Assembly (NCBI GenBank): GCA_965205265.1
Contig: CBDBGH010000003.1
Span: 1,600,001-1,664,000 of the forward strand
Direction of reading: 5' to 3'
Length of the DNA stretch: 64,000 nt
From: Alphaproteobacteria bacterium
GTDB lineage: Bacteria > Pseudomonadota > Alphaproteobacteria > Bin95
Below the pieces are notes generated by a model. It did no database searches and was not told the origin of the DNA. It saw nothing but the letters and a program-made list of their open reading frames with translations. The translations under genes and the position numbers were made by a program. Positions 9,896 to 21,988 of the stretch are shown piece after piece; positions within the stretch are counted from its first letter, which is position 1, and each line of letters begins with the position of its first letter.

Positions 9896-11020
9896 ATGCG
9901 GGCCGCCGCGATTGCTGTCCTGCTTTGCCTGGGCGGGGCGTCCGCCGGTTTTGCGGACGCCGCGGAGGCGCGCGAATACCGCTCTGAAAAGCATGCCTTC
10001 CGCCTCGTTCCGGTCGGCGGCCCGTTCGACCAGGCCTGGGGTATGGCGTTCCTGCCCGGCGGGCGCATGCTGGTAACGGAACTGGACGGCAATCTCCGCA
10101 TTCTGGAGCCCGGAAAGAGACCGTCGGACCCGCTGGCGGGGCTGCCGCGCATCGAGGCCTACGGCCAGGGCGGGCTGATGGATGTCGCGCTCGACCCGGA
10201 CTTCACGGCCAACGGGCGGATCTATCTCAGCCACATCGTTGAAGCCGCCGGAGGAAAGACGACGGCGGTCAGCAGGGCACGGCTGGACGGCGGCCGGCTC
10301 CGCGGCTTCGAGACCGTCTTCACCGGCCGCGCGGCGGGGCGCGGGGGCCGCCATTTCGGCTCGCGGATCAGGTTTGCGCCCGACGGCAAGCTGTTCGTCA
10401 CCATCGGGGACCGCGGCTACAGGCCGGGAGCCCAGGACCTCGGCACCCACGCCGGCGCGATCCTCCGGCTCGATCCCGACGGCGCGGCGGCGCCCGGCAA
10501 CCCCTTCGCCGGCAGGTCCGGGGCACTGCCGGAGATATGGTCCTGGGGGCACCGCAACCCGCAGGGCCTCGCCTTCGATCCGGAAACCGGCTGGCTCTGG
10601 TCGCAGGAACACGGGCCGCGCGGCGGCGACGAGGTCAACCTCGTGCGGCGCGGGCGGAATTACGGCTGGCCGGTCATCACCTATGGCCGCAACTACAGCG
10701 GCACGAAAATCACGGACGAGACGGCGCGGCCGGGCATGGAGCAGCCCGCGACATACTGGACGCCCTCCATCGCGCCGTCGGGGCTGACGGTCTATCGCGG
10801 CGACAGGTTCCCGCGCTGGGACGGCAACCTCTTCGTCGGCGCGCTGCGCGCCCAATTGCTCGTCAGGCTGGAGCTCGACGGGGACAGGATCGTCCATGAA
10901 GAGCGGCTGCTGACGGATTTCGGCAACAGGATACGCGACGTGCGCACCGGCCCGGACGGCCTGATCTACCTTCTGCTGGACGAAAACGACGCCCATATCT
11001 GGCGCCTGGAGCCGCTTTAG
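9896..11020 (+). CDS. PQQ-dependent soluble aldose sugar dehydrogenase (YliI/GSDH family)
   Basis: Signal peptide, GQGGLMD, HFGSR, GHRNPQG, EHGPRGGDEVN, NYGWP, IAPSG, RIRDV. Confidence 0.9.
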   Translation: MRAAAIAVLLCLGGASAGFADAAEAREYRSEKHAFRLVPVGGPFDQAWGMAFLPGGRMLVTELDGNLRILEPGKRPSDPLAGLPRIEAYGQGGLMDVALDPDFTANGRIYLSHIVEAAGGKTTAVSRARLDGGRLRGFETVFTGRAAGRGGRHFGSRIRFAPDGKLFVTIGDRGYRPGAQDLGTHAGAILRLDPDGAAAPGNPFAGRSGALPEIWSWGHRNPQGLAFDPETGWLWSQEHGPRGGDEVNLVRRGRNYGWPVITYGRNYSGTKITDETARPGMEQPATYWTPSIAPSGLTVYRGDRFPRWDGNLFVGALRAQLLVRLELDGDRIVHEERLLTDFGNRIRDVRTGPDGLIYLLLDENDAHIWRLEPL

Positions 11021-11086
11021 GCTGCGATCCGGTCCATATGGACCGACCCGTCTGGCGACAACCGGCCGCCTGCCTCACCTCCCGTT

Positions 11087-11533
11087 CGTCGCCCCGGCCC
11101 TCGAGCCTACCGCATGCACACATCTCATGTCGGCCCGTGTGCGGTGCGTGTGCCGGCCTTGCTCTTTTCCCCTTGCTCGCTCCTTTCTTCTCCTCCCCCG
11201 CTTGCGGGGGAGCCGGGTGGGGGCCCTCCCGGCGAGCCTGCCCCGGACCCCGATCCGGGGGGCGTTTCCCGGGCTTCGCCCGCCGCTTCCGCAGGCGGAA
11301 GCGGCCCCTCACCCTGCCCTCTCCCAGAGGGAGAGGGTCTTCCGGTGCGCGTTTCCCTCCTCTCCGTCATGGGAACCGGGGCGACCCCCGCTTTCGCGAG
11401 GGCAGGCGGTTGGAGGACAGGCAATGCTATGCGACCGGGCGGAGATGTGTGCATGCGGTAGGCCCCCGAGCCGGGGCCTCGCGCCGCAGAGGCAACGCCC
11501 GCATGGAGGCCCCGGCTCGGGGGTGGGGCGGCG
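11087..11533. repeat. Second CGTC-tagged palindromic dimer variant, interrupted by a MITE
   Basis: CGTCGCCCCGGCCCTCGAGC [insert] GCCCCCGAGCCGGGGCCTC ... GAGGCCCCGGCTCGGGGGTGGGGCGGCG. Confidence 0.75.
11107..11461. mobile_element. 355-bp MITE-like element with IS50/Tn5-like ends (MITE-2)
   Basis: Perfect 20-bp TIR CTACCGCATGCACACATCTC / GAGATGTGTGCATGCGGTAG, flanked by a 10-bp near-direct repeat GCCCTCGAGC / GCCCCCGAGC, no transposase. Confidence 0.8.
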
Positions 11534-11576
11534 ATATGGGTCTGAAACAGCTTTTTTTCTCATTTTATCTTGAAAT

Positions 11577-12211
11577 TAGAGCAGATTCGTTTCATTTGGG
11601 TTCATATCCGCATGCAGTGAAGAAGCTTCGGGCGTCCTGTGGAGTGACAGCATCGATGGCGTCGCGGATCGCATCCCAGAGCGTATGGACGGAGCGTGCT
11701 GCGGCCTTTTTCAGGAGAGCCTTGATTTTGGAGAAGGCCATCTCGATGGGGTTGAAGTCGGGGCTGTAGGGCGGCAGGAACAGGATGCCGGCGCCTGTGG
11801 CCTCGATAGCTTCTCGGATGGCGATGGGCTTGTGGGCCGGCAGATTGTCGAGGATGACGGTGTCGCCTGGCCTCAGGGTCGGGGCCAGGACCTGTTCGAC
11901 ATAGGCAAGGAAGGCTGCCCCGGTCATCGCCCCATCGATGGTCATGGGGGCGAGGATGCCGTCGAGCGTGAGGCCGGCGACCAAAGTGGTGGTCTTCCAG
12001 TGACCATGGGGGACGGGAGCGCGGCAACGCTCGCCCCTGGGAGCCCGGCCATACATGCGGGCCATCTTGGTCGAGGTCCCGCTTTCGTCGATGAAGATCA
12101 GGCGCTCGGGGTCGAGCCCGGGCTGGTCTTCGAACCAGGCCTGACGCCGGCGTGCGACGTCCGGTCGGTCCTGCTCGGCAGCGTGGGCCGTCTTTTTTTG
12201 CGCCGCAGGCC
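11577..12211 (-). mobile_element. IS630-family element, 3' half only (DDE part, stop at 11592)
   Basis: GLRRKK/A7 frameshift window, [35 protein letters not shown]. End is TA-GAGCAGATTC. The N-terminal HTH half is missing. Confidence 0.88.
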
Positions 12212-12407
12212 AGGAAGGCGATGGCTGCGGCGCGACAATCAGCTTGAGACGCTGGCGACAATCAGGATGAGACGGGGGAAGGCGGCGGCCCGGAACGGAG
12301 GGAGGGCGTAGCCCGACCGGAGTTCCGGGCCGCCGCCTCAAAAAATTTTTCCTGGACCTTCTGGCGGGGTCGGTCGGCTGGGCGAACGGTGACGTTTTTC
12401 CGAGTAG

Positions 12408-14755
<2,348 letters not shown>

Positions 14756-15016
14756 ACCGCTGCCGCCAGATCGGCCCAGCGGCCACAACACTCACGGCCC
14801 GCGGGAATCGCCTCCGCGGGCCGTCTCTTCTCCGACCCGACGGCCCCCCCGCGACAATCAAAACGCTCTCCGAAAACCTTGTTTGTCGCGCCGCGACAAT
14901 CAAAATCCGAAACCGCTTGCAATCCGCGCCCCGCGCGACAATCATCAACTCGCCGATGCCGCCGGGGAATCTCATCCTGATTGACGCGCGGCTCTCACCC
15001 AGATTGTCGCGCTATA

Positions 15017-16438
15017 GATGGCGATGTGAGCGCGGATCCGGTCCGGGTTCCAGTGCCAGATGGGACGTATCTTCAGGTCGTGTTTGGTGATCCGGAAGCT
15101 CTCCTCGACCTGCCAGAGCCCCTGGTAGTGAGCCATCACTTCGGTGACGCGCGCGTCGCGCAGATTGGTGATGACGCCGGTGAGCCCGTCCCATCGTGCG
15201 GCCTCGGCGATCTTCTCCGGGTTCACCGTGAGCCGTGCGTCGCCCTCGACGGCGATGAAGCGCTTCGCCCCGTGATTGGAGAGCAGTTCCCTGGGATTGT
15301 CGCTGCGGGCCAGCCTGTCGAGCAGGCGTTCCACCTGATGGCGGCGCTCGTGCGCGTCCTTGCGTGCGCGCTGGGGGCAGAAGACGACGATCAGGCGACG
15401 GCCCTTGTACTCCCACTCGCCGACCCGGCGGTCCTGTGAGCCCTCCAGCGGGGCATAGGTCCCGGGGTCGAGAACCTGCCCCAGCAGCGCGAGCGGCAGC
15501 TTGCGCAGCCGCGCGCCGACGACATACTCGCCGCCGATGGCGTCCATGGCGTCGAGGTTGTCGGCGCTCAGCATGCCCCGGTCGGCCACGCATACCGTGC
15601 GCTCCACCTGGTGGCGGCGCTGCATGTCCTGCAGGACCGGGACCATGCTGTGTCCCTCGTAGGTGGCGCCGGGGAAGACCTCGTAGCTGATCGGCAGCCC
15701 TTCGCGCGTCACCATCAGCGCCAGCAGAACCTGCGAGTCCTTGTGTTTGCCGTCCTTGCTGAAGCCGTGCTGGCGAAGCTCGTCCTCGGCGGCCGTCTCG
15801 AAGTAGAGCGTGGTGCAATCGAAGAAGAGGATCGCGACCGGCTCCGGCAGCAGCGACCGGCTCGCCTCGCCGACGCGCGTGCGCAGTCGCTCGATCACCG
15901 TCGCGTCGAGCTGATCCATCATCCGGTAGACCTTCTCGAGCGGAAGACTCACGCCGAAGTCCTCCTCGAGCCGGCGCACGCTGCCCCGCTTGCTGTCGGG
16001 GTTGGCTACCCGCGCCATCACCACATGGAACAGCGCGTCATGGGAGGCCCGGTAGCGCGAGCGCGGCAGCAGCGCGTCGAGGCCCAGCAGCCGGTAGATC
16101 TCGCCATAGACCTCGTGGATGCCTGTGATCAGGCGCTGCTCCTCTTCAAGCTGCTTGAGGTCGACCGGGAGTTCCTCCTTGCCGTCCCCCCGGCGGCCGA
16201 CACGGATCGCCTGCTCAGCGATCTTCTCGGGCGCAAACAATGCCGGCTGACGCTCGTCCTCCAGCTTCGCCTTGACGTACTCGCCGAGCTGCCTCAGGCG
16301 CTCGAGCTCGTCCTCGTCCATGGCCACGCCGACATGGCGGACGATGCGCTGTCGGACCTTGCCGCCGTCGCGCACGGCCTCGACGATCTGGACCGAGCGT
16401 CGCGGGCTGTTGGGGGAGGTCTTGATGCGCACGAACAT
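15017..16438 (-). pseudogene. IS1634-family transposase, interrupted by IS21 and 3'-truncated
   Basis: FFDCTTLYF, VADRGMLS, WQVEESFRITK, RIRAHIAI. The frame continues AFLA on the far side of IS21 (12225-12208). Confidence 0.88.
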
Positions 16439-16595
16439 GGGGGGAGTGTAGCGCGTGGCGGAGGCATTGACAGTCTCAAAGATTTACTAGGCACTACAAC
16501 GCAGCTTGACCGCACCGCAACTGCCAACTCATTGGCTTTACTGAAAACTCCAGACGCGAGATCGGTCAGAAGTCAGCCCAACCGTCGAAGTCAGG
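15017..16595 (-). mobile_element. IS1634-family element (5' end intact)
   Basis: Probable left end CCTGACTTCGAC at 16595-16584 upstream of the transposase. The other end was not found. Confidence 0.7.
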
Positions 16596-16949
16596 AAAGA
16601 GACTGCGCCATGCGAGCTGGCCTCCTTCACCAGCCCCCATCGTGAATCACATAATCCGCCAATTGGGAATCCCTCAACGATTCAATCGCCCGCGAATTCG
16701 CTCTAGCTCTATTGTTCTCTATATACCCCAAATCCATACCGGTCGGCAAGCGAGAGAAGCGATGACCTGAATGCGGCCCGGGGCGCGCGCCAGCGCCCGA
16801 CGGGCACTCCACACCGACCCGGAGGGCGGAGGCGGCGGCCGCCCAACGGGACAAGTGCGCCCGGCGCAAGGCGCGGTCGGGCCGGAACGGCGCCGGGAAG
16901 TCGAAAACACCTGAAACGGCAGCCGCACTCGATATCGACCGGAGGAGGA

Positions 16950-17384
16950 ATGACGAACATGGCGGCAAGCGGGCTCGGAGGGGCGCGGAAGGGCAAGGCG
17001 GTCAGCGAGGACCTGCGGCGCCGGGCGGTCGCGGCGGTGCTGGACGACGGGATGGGCGTCCGCGCCGCGGCGCGGAAGTTCGATGTCGCCGCGGCCAGCG
17101 TCCATCGGTGGCTCGGGCGCTTCCGGGCGCGCGGCGATGTCCGGGCGGACCCGCCCGGCGGCCGCCCGCCGCTCATCGCCCCGGAGCGCGCGCGGGTCCT
17201 CCGCCTGCTGGAAAAACACCCGGAGATCGGCGACCGGGGCCTCCGGGCCGCGCTGGCTGCCGAAGGCGTCGCCGTCGGCCTCTCCACGGTGAAGCGCTTC
17301 CTGAAACTCAACGGCCTGCAACGCAAGCAACGCCGCGCGCGGCGGCGGATACCGCAAGGAGCCAATTCTCAAACGGCCTCTTAG
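16950..17384 (+). CDS. Stand-alone IS630 OrfA-like helix-turn-helix protein
   Basis: SEDLRRRAVAAV..G...RAAARKFDVAAASVHRW, GGRPPLI, GLSTVKRFL, strong GGAGGAGG RBS, no DDE domain downstream. Confidence 0.75.
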   Translation: MTNMAASGLGGARKGKAVSEDLRRRAVAAVLDDGMGVRAAARKFDVAAASVHRWLGRFRARGDVRADPPGGRPPLIAPERARVLRLLEKHPEIGDRGLRAALAAEGVAVGLSTVKRFLKLNGLQRKQRRARRRIPQGANSQTAS

Positions 17385-17422
17385 AAAGAAACCTGCGTTC
17401 CGCCAATCTTCGGCATGCACTC

Positions 17423-17943
17423 CTATTCCGACCAAATAAATTCCCTAGACCCGACCTCTTCGAGGACACAATCCCTACTCAGGTTCTGAATATACACAAT
17501 AAGATTGTTGCAATCGTAGCGCGCCGAAGGAACGATCAGGACGTCGTATCCCAGATAATTCAAGCCATCCGAAATTTCCTGAGTGCGCAAATAATTCCAG
17601 CTTGGATAGTCCGTTTGTCTCACGTCGAGTTGTCCTAATTCCTCGAAACTCAATTCCACAACACGCCGGAACCGAACCCGCAACTTCCAGTTCAACGCCT
17701 GCCTGTCGGGTCTTTGCTCGAACAGCGACCAGAATGCTTCGAACTCCGCGCCCGCTCCTTCTGCTGCCAACGATGTATTCAAAATCTCGAATTGGCCTTC
17801 CGGATATTCCAACGTCCTCGGGCGCTGCTACTGCCATGGACCGGGCTTCCATCGGCCCATACGACCCTGTTCGCAATTCCATCGAATCGTCCTTGACGAC
17901 GACCCTCAAGATACTCCAACAGCTCCGGGTCCCGTTCCAGCAT
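17423..17943 (-). pseudogene. RES-domain toxin with a frameshift near 17805
   Basis: MLERDPELLEYL...ARGRWN in one frame, PEGQFEILNTS...TQEIS...LIVPSAR...NLIVY in the next. Confidence 0.8.
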
Positions 17944-17961
17944 CGGCGGCCGGCCCCGAAC

Positions 17962-18321
17962 CTACGTATATGTAGGCGCGGTCATCGTCTGGATCGCCTC
18001 CAGGACCTCTTCGATTCGTCCCTCCCGGATCAAATCGGCGGGCCGGAGGCCGTCGAAATATTTATGTCTCGAATACAACCATGCCCGTGCGGTCGTCGGC
18101 TCGGTGTAGAATTCCGAAAGCCGCTCCACGATGTATTCGAGATCGACAAGCAGACTCTCCTTGCCCGGTCTCGGCCAGGCGCGCCCCTGGTTCCATCTGG
18201 ATACCGTCTCAGGCGTGGTCCCCAGCATGTTCGCCACATCGACCGCCCTGATGGCGGCCCGCTGTTTCAAAAGCTCCAGCTTTTCCGCCACGGCGTTCTT
18301 TTCCGCTATCGCACTCGACAT
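17962..18321 (-). CDS. Xre/MbcA/ParS-type antitoxin with HTH
   Basis: VANMLGTTPETVSRW HTH, ARAWL...FDGLRPADLI C-terminal motif, upstream of the RES gene. Confidence 0.85.
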   Translation of the reverse strand: MSSAIAEKNAVAEKLELLKQRAAIRAVDVANMLGTTPETVSRWNQGRAWPRPGKESLLVDLEYIVERLSEFYTEPTTARAWLYSRHKYFDGLRPADLIREGRIEEVLEAIQTMTAPTYT

Positions 18322-18409
18322 GCCCCGCCTCCCATGCTCCGGCGCATCCCGCAGAAAGACACGCCATAGATGAAATCATAGACAAAAATATTGATGTTGT
18401 TAATGACAT

Positions 18410-18598
18410 TCATGGATCGAGCCACTTTTTGAGCGATGGCGCGAGTTCGAACACTCTCGGTTCGCGTGAGACACTCCAGAGGCGGGACAGCCGCCATTCC
18501 TCGCGCTTTGCCTTTGCCGCCATTTCGTCGCGCGAGATGCGGCCGGGCGTGCGCTCCCAGCCGTTCGCAGTCTTCGCCTGCGCCAGCCGGAGACTGCC
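18410..18598 (-). pseudogene. Degenerate fragment of a DUF3883-like (PD-(D/E)XK) domain protein
   Basis: Startless frame LRLAQAKTANGWERTPGRISRDEM...WRLSRLWSVSREPRVFELAPSL, resembling the EVKTTNGWERTPF.ISRNE...W.L.RLW.FSREP.AFEL pattern. Confidence 0.55.
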
Positions 18599-18772
18599 CT
18601 ATTCCGCCGGGGCGGGCGGAGGGGGCGGAATCGTCACTCGCGCTCGCTCCTGCCGCCGTCCTGTTTCATTTTCCTCAATAACGGCGCCCGCCTTTAATAT
18701 TTTGCGCCGAAGTCTTAATTGCACCGGGCGGGTCGCCGGGTCGAGGCCACGCCGGCGCCGCTCGAATCCGCC

Positions 18773-19663
18773 CTACCCCGCGCCCGCCCGCTCCGCCAGT
18801 GCGAGGACGTGCCGGGCGGCCTTGAGGTGGGGCATGTCGAGCATTTTGCCGTCCAGCCCGACGGTCCCTGCCCCGCCGGCGTTCTCCATCGCCTCGACGA
18901 CGCGGCGGGCGTGGGCGATCTCGTCTGCGGTGGGCGCGTAGGCGCTGTTGATGGGATCGACCTGTGCCGGGTGGATGGCCACCTTGCCGGTGAAGCCCGT
19001 CCTGCGGCCCTGCAGCGCCTCGGCGTGCAGGCCGTCGAGGTCGCGGAAATCGGGATAGACCGAGTCGACCGGCTCCGTGCCCGCCGCCTTGCACGCCGCC
19101 AGGCAGAGCGCGCGGGCCAGTCGGTACACATCCTCATACCGGCCGTCCGGCGCGCGGTTGGTCGAGGCGCCGAGCGCGGCCGAGAGGTCTTCCGCGCCCC
19201 AGGTCATGCCGTAAATGCGCGGACTTGCATCGACGAAACTGTCCATGGTGAACAGCGAGCGCGCGGTTTCGGTGGCGACAACCAGGATTTGCGTCGAACC
19301 CGGCTCCACCTCCTCGCGCGTCTCCAGCGCGGAGAGGTAGTTGTCGAGCCTGACCGCCTCGGCGGCGGAGAAGGTCTTGGGCAGCACGATGCCGTCCGGC
19401 GCGCCGGCCATCACGGCTGCGAGGTCCGGCAGCGCGAGGTCCGTGTCGAGTGGGTTGATCCTGACCCATAGCTGCTGGGCGCGGTCGTCCCGGCTGGCTT
19501 CGAGCCGTTCCCGCACCATTTGCCGCGCGAGAGACAGGTTGGCCTGCGCCACCGAGTCCTCAAGGTCGAGGATCAGGGCGTCCGCCGGCACGCCGCGCGC
19601 CTTCTCGAACTTGCGCGCGCTGTCGCCCGGCACGAACAGGAAGCATCTGAGTGCTGCGCTCAT
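18773..19663 (-). CDS. CitE-like CoA-ester lyase (HpcH/HpaI aldolase family)
   Basis: [43 protein letters not shown]. Confidence 0.9.
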   Translation of the reverse strand: MSAALRCFLFVPGDSARKFEKARGVPADALILDLEDSVAQANLSLARQMVRERLEASRDDRAQQLWVRINPLDTDLALPDLAAVMAGAPDGIVLPKTFSAAEAVRLDNYLSALETREEVEPGSTQILVVATETARSLFTMDSFVDASPRIYGMTWGAEDLSAALGASTNRAPDGRYEDVYRLARALCLAACKAAGTEPVDSVYPDFRDLDGLHAEALQGRRTGFTGKVAIHPAQVDPINSAYAPTADEIAHARRVVEAMENAGGAGTVGLDGKMLDMPHLKAARHVLALAERAGAG

Positions 19664-20115
19664 GACGGGCGCTTCTTCATCATGCCCTGGCGCTTGCAAC
19701 GGGCGACCTCTTCGCCGCGCTGGTTCAAGGCCCAGTGCTCGAAGGTGACGATGCCGACCTCGGGCCGGGACCGGCTTTCGCGCTTCTCCAGCACCTTCGT
19801 GAAGGAGGTGATCGTGTCGCCGTGGAACACGGGGCTGCGGAAGACGCAGTCGGTCATGCCGAGATTGCCGACCGTGGTGCCGAGCGTGGTCTCCTCCACC
19901 GACACGCCGATCATCAGGCCCAGCGTGAAGATCGAGTTGACAATCCGTTGTCCGAACTGGGAATTCTCCCTGGCGAATTCCTCATCCAGATGCAGCGGCT
20001 GCGGGTTGTGGGTCAGCGCCGTGAACAGGATGTTGTCCATCTCCGTCACCGTGCGGGTGATCGGGTGCTTCCACTCCCTCCCGACTTCGAATTCCTCATA
20101 CCAAAGGCCGGCCAT
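19660..20115 (-). CDS. MaoC-family dehydratase
   Basis: [33 protein letters not shown], coupled to the CitE-like gene. Confidence 0.9.
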   Translation of the reverse strand: MAGLWYEEFEVGREWKHPITRTVTEMDNILFTALTHNPQPLHLDEEFARENSQFGQRIVNSIFTLGLMIGVSVEETTLGTTVGNLGMTDCVFRSPVFHGDTITSFTKVLEKRESRSRPEVGIVTFEHWALNQRGEEVARCKRQGMMKKRPS

Positions 20116-20191
20116 CGCCGCGTTCCTTTCCTGTCGTGCCTGTCTCAACCGGCGCCCCGGCTCTTCCCCGTCATGCCCGAACGCCCCTCTC

Positions 20192-20277
20192 CGTCATGCC
20201 CGGACTTGTTCCGGGCATCCATTTCCGCCGCCGCGACGATCCCGAGGGAGATGCCCGGAACAAGTCCGGGCATGACG
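20192..20277. repeat. CGTC-tagged palindromic dimer
   Basis: Same arms as 9716-9803 with a different spacer, plus a partial outer arm CGTCATGCCCGAACG at 20169. Confidence 0.92.
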
Positions 20278-20384
20278 ATATGAGGGCATGATCGGGAGCA
20301 TTGCTGTCCGATTGACGCGCCTCCTCGGGGGCCGGGGCGACGATTTCCGCGGAAAGGGCCGGGACACCGGCGGGCTTCTCCGCC

Positions 20385-21086
20385 TCAGCGCTTTTGGTAT
20401 TGCGTCGCGCCGAACATGATCTCGCGTTCCTCGTCGGTCATCGCGCCCTGCCGGCGGCGGTCGGCCAGCACGGCGCAGCCGCGCGCAGTCGCCGGGCGGG
20501 CCTCGATCTCCCTGAACCAGCGCGCGAGATTGGGATGCGCCTCGAGGTTCTGGCCCTGGTTCTCCCAGCTGCGCAGCCACGGATATGTCGCCATGTCGGC
20601 GATCGAATAGTCGGCCCCGCCGAGCCACTCGCTCTCGGCCAGCCGGCCGTCGAGCACGTTGTAGAGCCGCGTTCCCTCATTGACATAGCGGTTTATGGCG
20701 TAGGGGATCTTCTCGACCGCATAGTTCCGGAAATGGTTTATCTGGCCCAGCATCGGGCCCACATGGCCCATCTGGGTCATCAGCCATTGCAGGGTGCGGT
20801 AGCGTTCGGCGGGGTCGGTCGAGAGGAACCGGCCGGCCTTCTCCGCCAGATAGATCAGCATCGCGCCGGACTCCGCCAGCGCGAAGGGCTTGCCGCCCGG
20901 CCCTTCCGGATCGACCATGGCGGGCATCTTGTTGTTCGGGCTGATATTCAGGAAATCGGGCGCGAACTGCTCGCCCCTGCCGATATTGACCGGGATGACA
21001 CTATATTCGAGGCCCGTTTCCTCCAGCATGATGTGGACCTTGTGGCCGTTCGGCGTCGGCCAGGTGTAGAGGTCGATGGCGGACAT
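20385..21086 (-). CDS. Glutathione S-transferase (YfcG-like)
   Basis: TWPTPNGHKV, SPNNKMPA, ESGAML, YSIADMA. Confidence 0.9.
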   Translation of the reverse strand: MSAIDLYTWPTPNGHKVHIMLEETGLEYSVIPVNIGRGEQFAPDFLNISPNNKMPAMVDPEGPGGKPFALAESGAMLIYLAEKAGRFLSTDPAERYRTLQWLMTQMGHVGPMLGQINHFRNYAVEKIPYAINRYVNEGTRLYNVLDGRLAESEWLGGADYSIADMATYPWLRSWENQGQNLEAHPNLARWFREIEARPATARGCAVLADRRRQGAMTDEEREIMFGATQYQKR

Positions 21087-21248
21087 GGGCGCGCTCCTCG
21101 ACTGGTCTTGGGGATGCGCCATTCTAACCCATCGCCGAGAGGCTGCCGGCCCCTGCGACATCGGCGCGTGCGGGCTTCGCAGGGCTTGTCCCGCCCTGCT
21201 TTCCTGCCTAATCATGCCGCTCTCCACACTATGGCGGAGAGGGATGGA

Positions 21249-21953
21249 ATGGACGCCGGGATTCGCGAGGCGCTGGCCGGCTGCTCGACAGCCACGATCA
21301 CGATGCAATTGCTCAAGCGCGGCCTGCGCGCAACGGCGATGCGCGGCGTGGCGCCGCTTGCTCCCGGACAGGGGCGCGTCGTCGGCGAGGCCTATACGGT
21401 GCGCTTCATCCCCATGCGCGAGGACCTGTCCGATCCCGCAATCCTGAGCGCCAGGGAAAATCCGCAGCGCCGCGCCATCGACGAATGCCCGGAAGGCGCG
21501 GTGCTCGTCATCGACGGGCTCGGAAACGGCCATGTCGGCACGCTCGGCGACATTCTGGCCGAGCGCCTCCGGGTGCGCGGCGTCGCCGGCTGCGTGACGG
21601 ACAGTGCGGTCAGGGACGCCGAGGCCGTCATCGCGACCGGCCTGCCCGTCTGGAGCAACGGCAGGGCCGCCCCGCCCAATATCGCGGGCCTCGCCATGGG
21701 CGATCTCCAGACCCCCATCGGCTGCGGCGGCGTGGCGGTAATCCCCGGCGATGTCGTGGTCTGCGACGGCGACGGGGTCGTGGTGATACCGAGCGCGATG
21801 GCGGAAAGCGTCGCGGCCGACGGCGTGGAGCAGGAGCGGCTGGAGAGCTTCGTCCAGGAACGTATCCGTGCCGGCCATCCCGTCGCCGGCACATACCCGC
21901 CGGATGAAGAAGCGCTGGCGGCCTACGAGGCCTGGAAACGGTCCCGAAGCTGA
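21249..21953 (+). CDS. RraA/HMG-aldolase-like protein
   Basis: GEAYTVRFIPMRED, GDILA, GGVAVIPGDVVVCDGDGVVVIP. Start could be 21231. Confidence 0.82.
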   Translation: MDAGIREALAGCSTATITMQLLKRGLRATAMRGVAPLAPGQGRVVGEAYTVRFIPMREDLSDPAILSARENPQRRAIDECPEGAVLVIDGLGNGHVGTLGDILAERLRVRGVAGCVTDSAVRDAEAVIATGLPVWSNGRAAPPNIAGLAMGDLQTPIGCGGVAVIPGDVVVCDGDGVVVIPSAMAESVAADGVEQERLESFVQERIRAGHPVAGTYPPDEEALAAYEAWKRSRS

Positions 21954-21988
21954 CCGGCGGCCCCACGAAAGCAGACAGGAGGCCGTTC

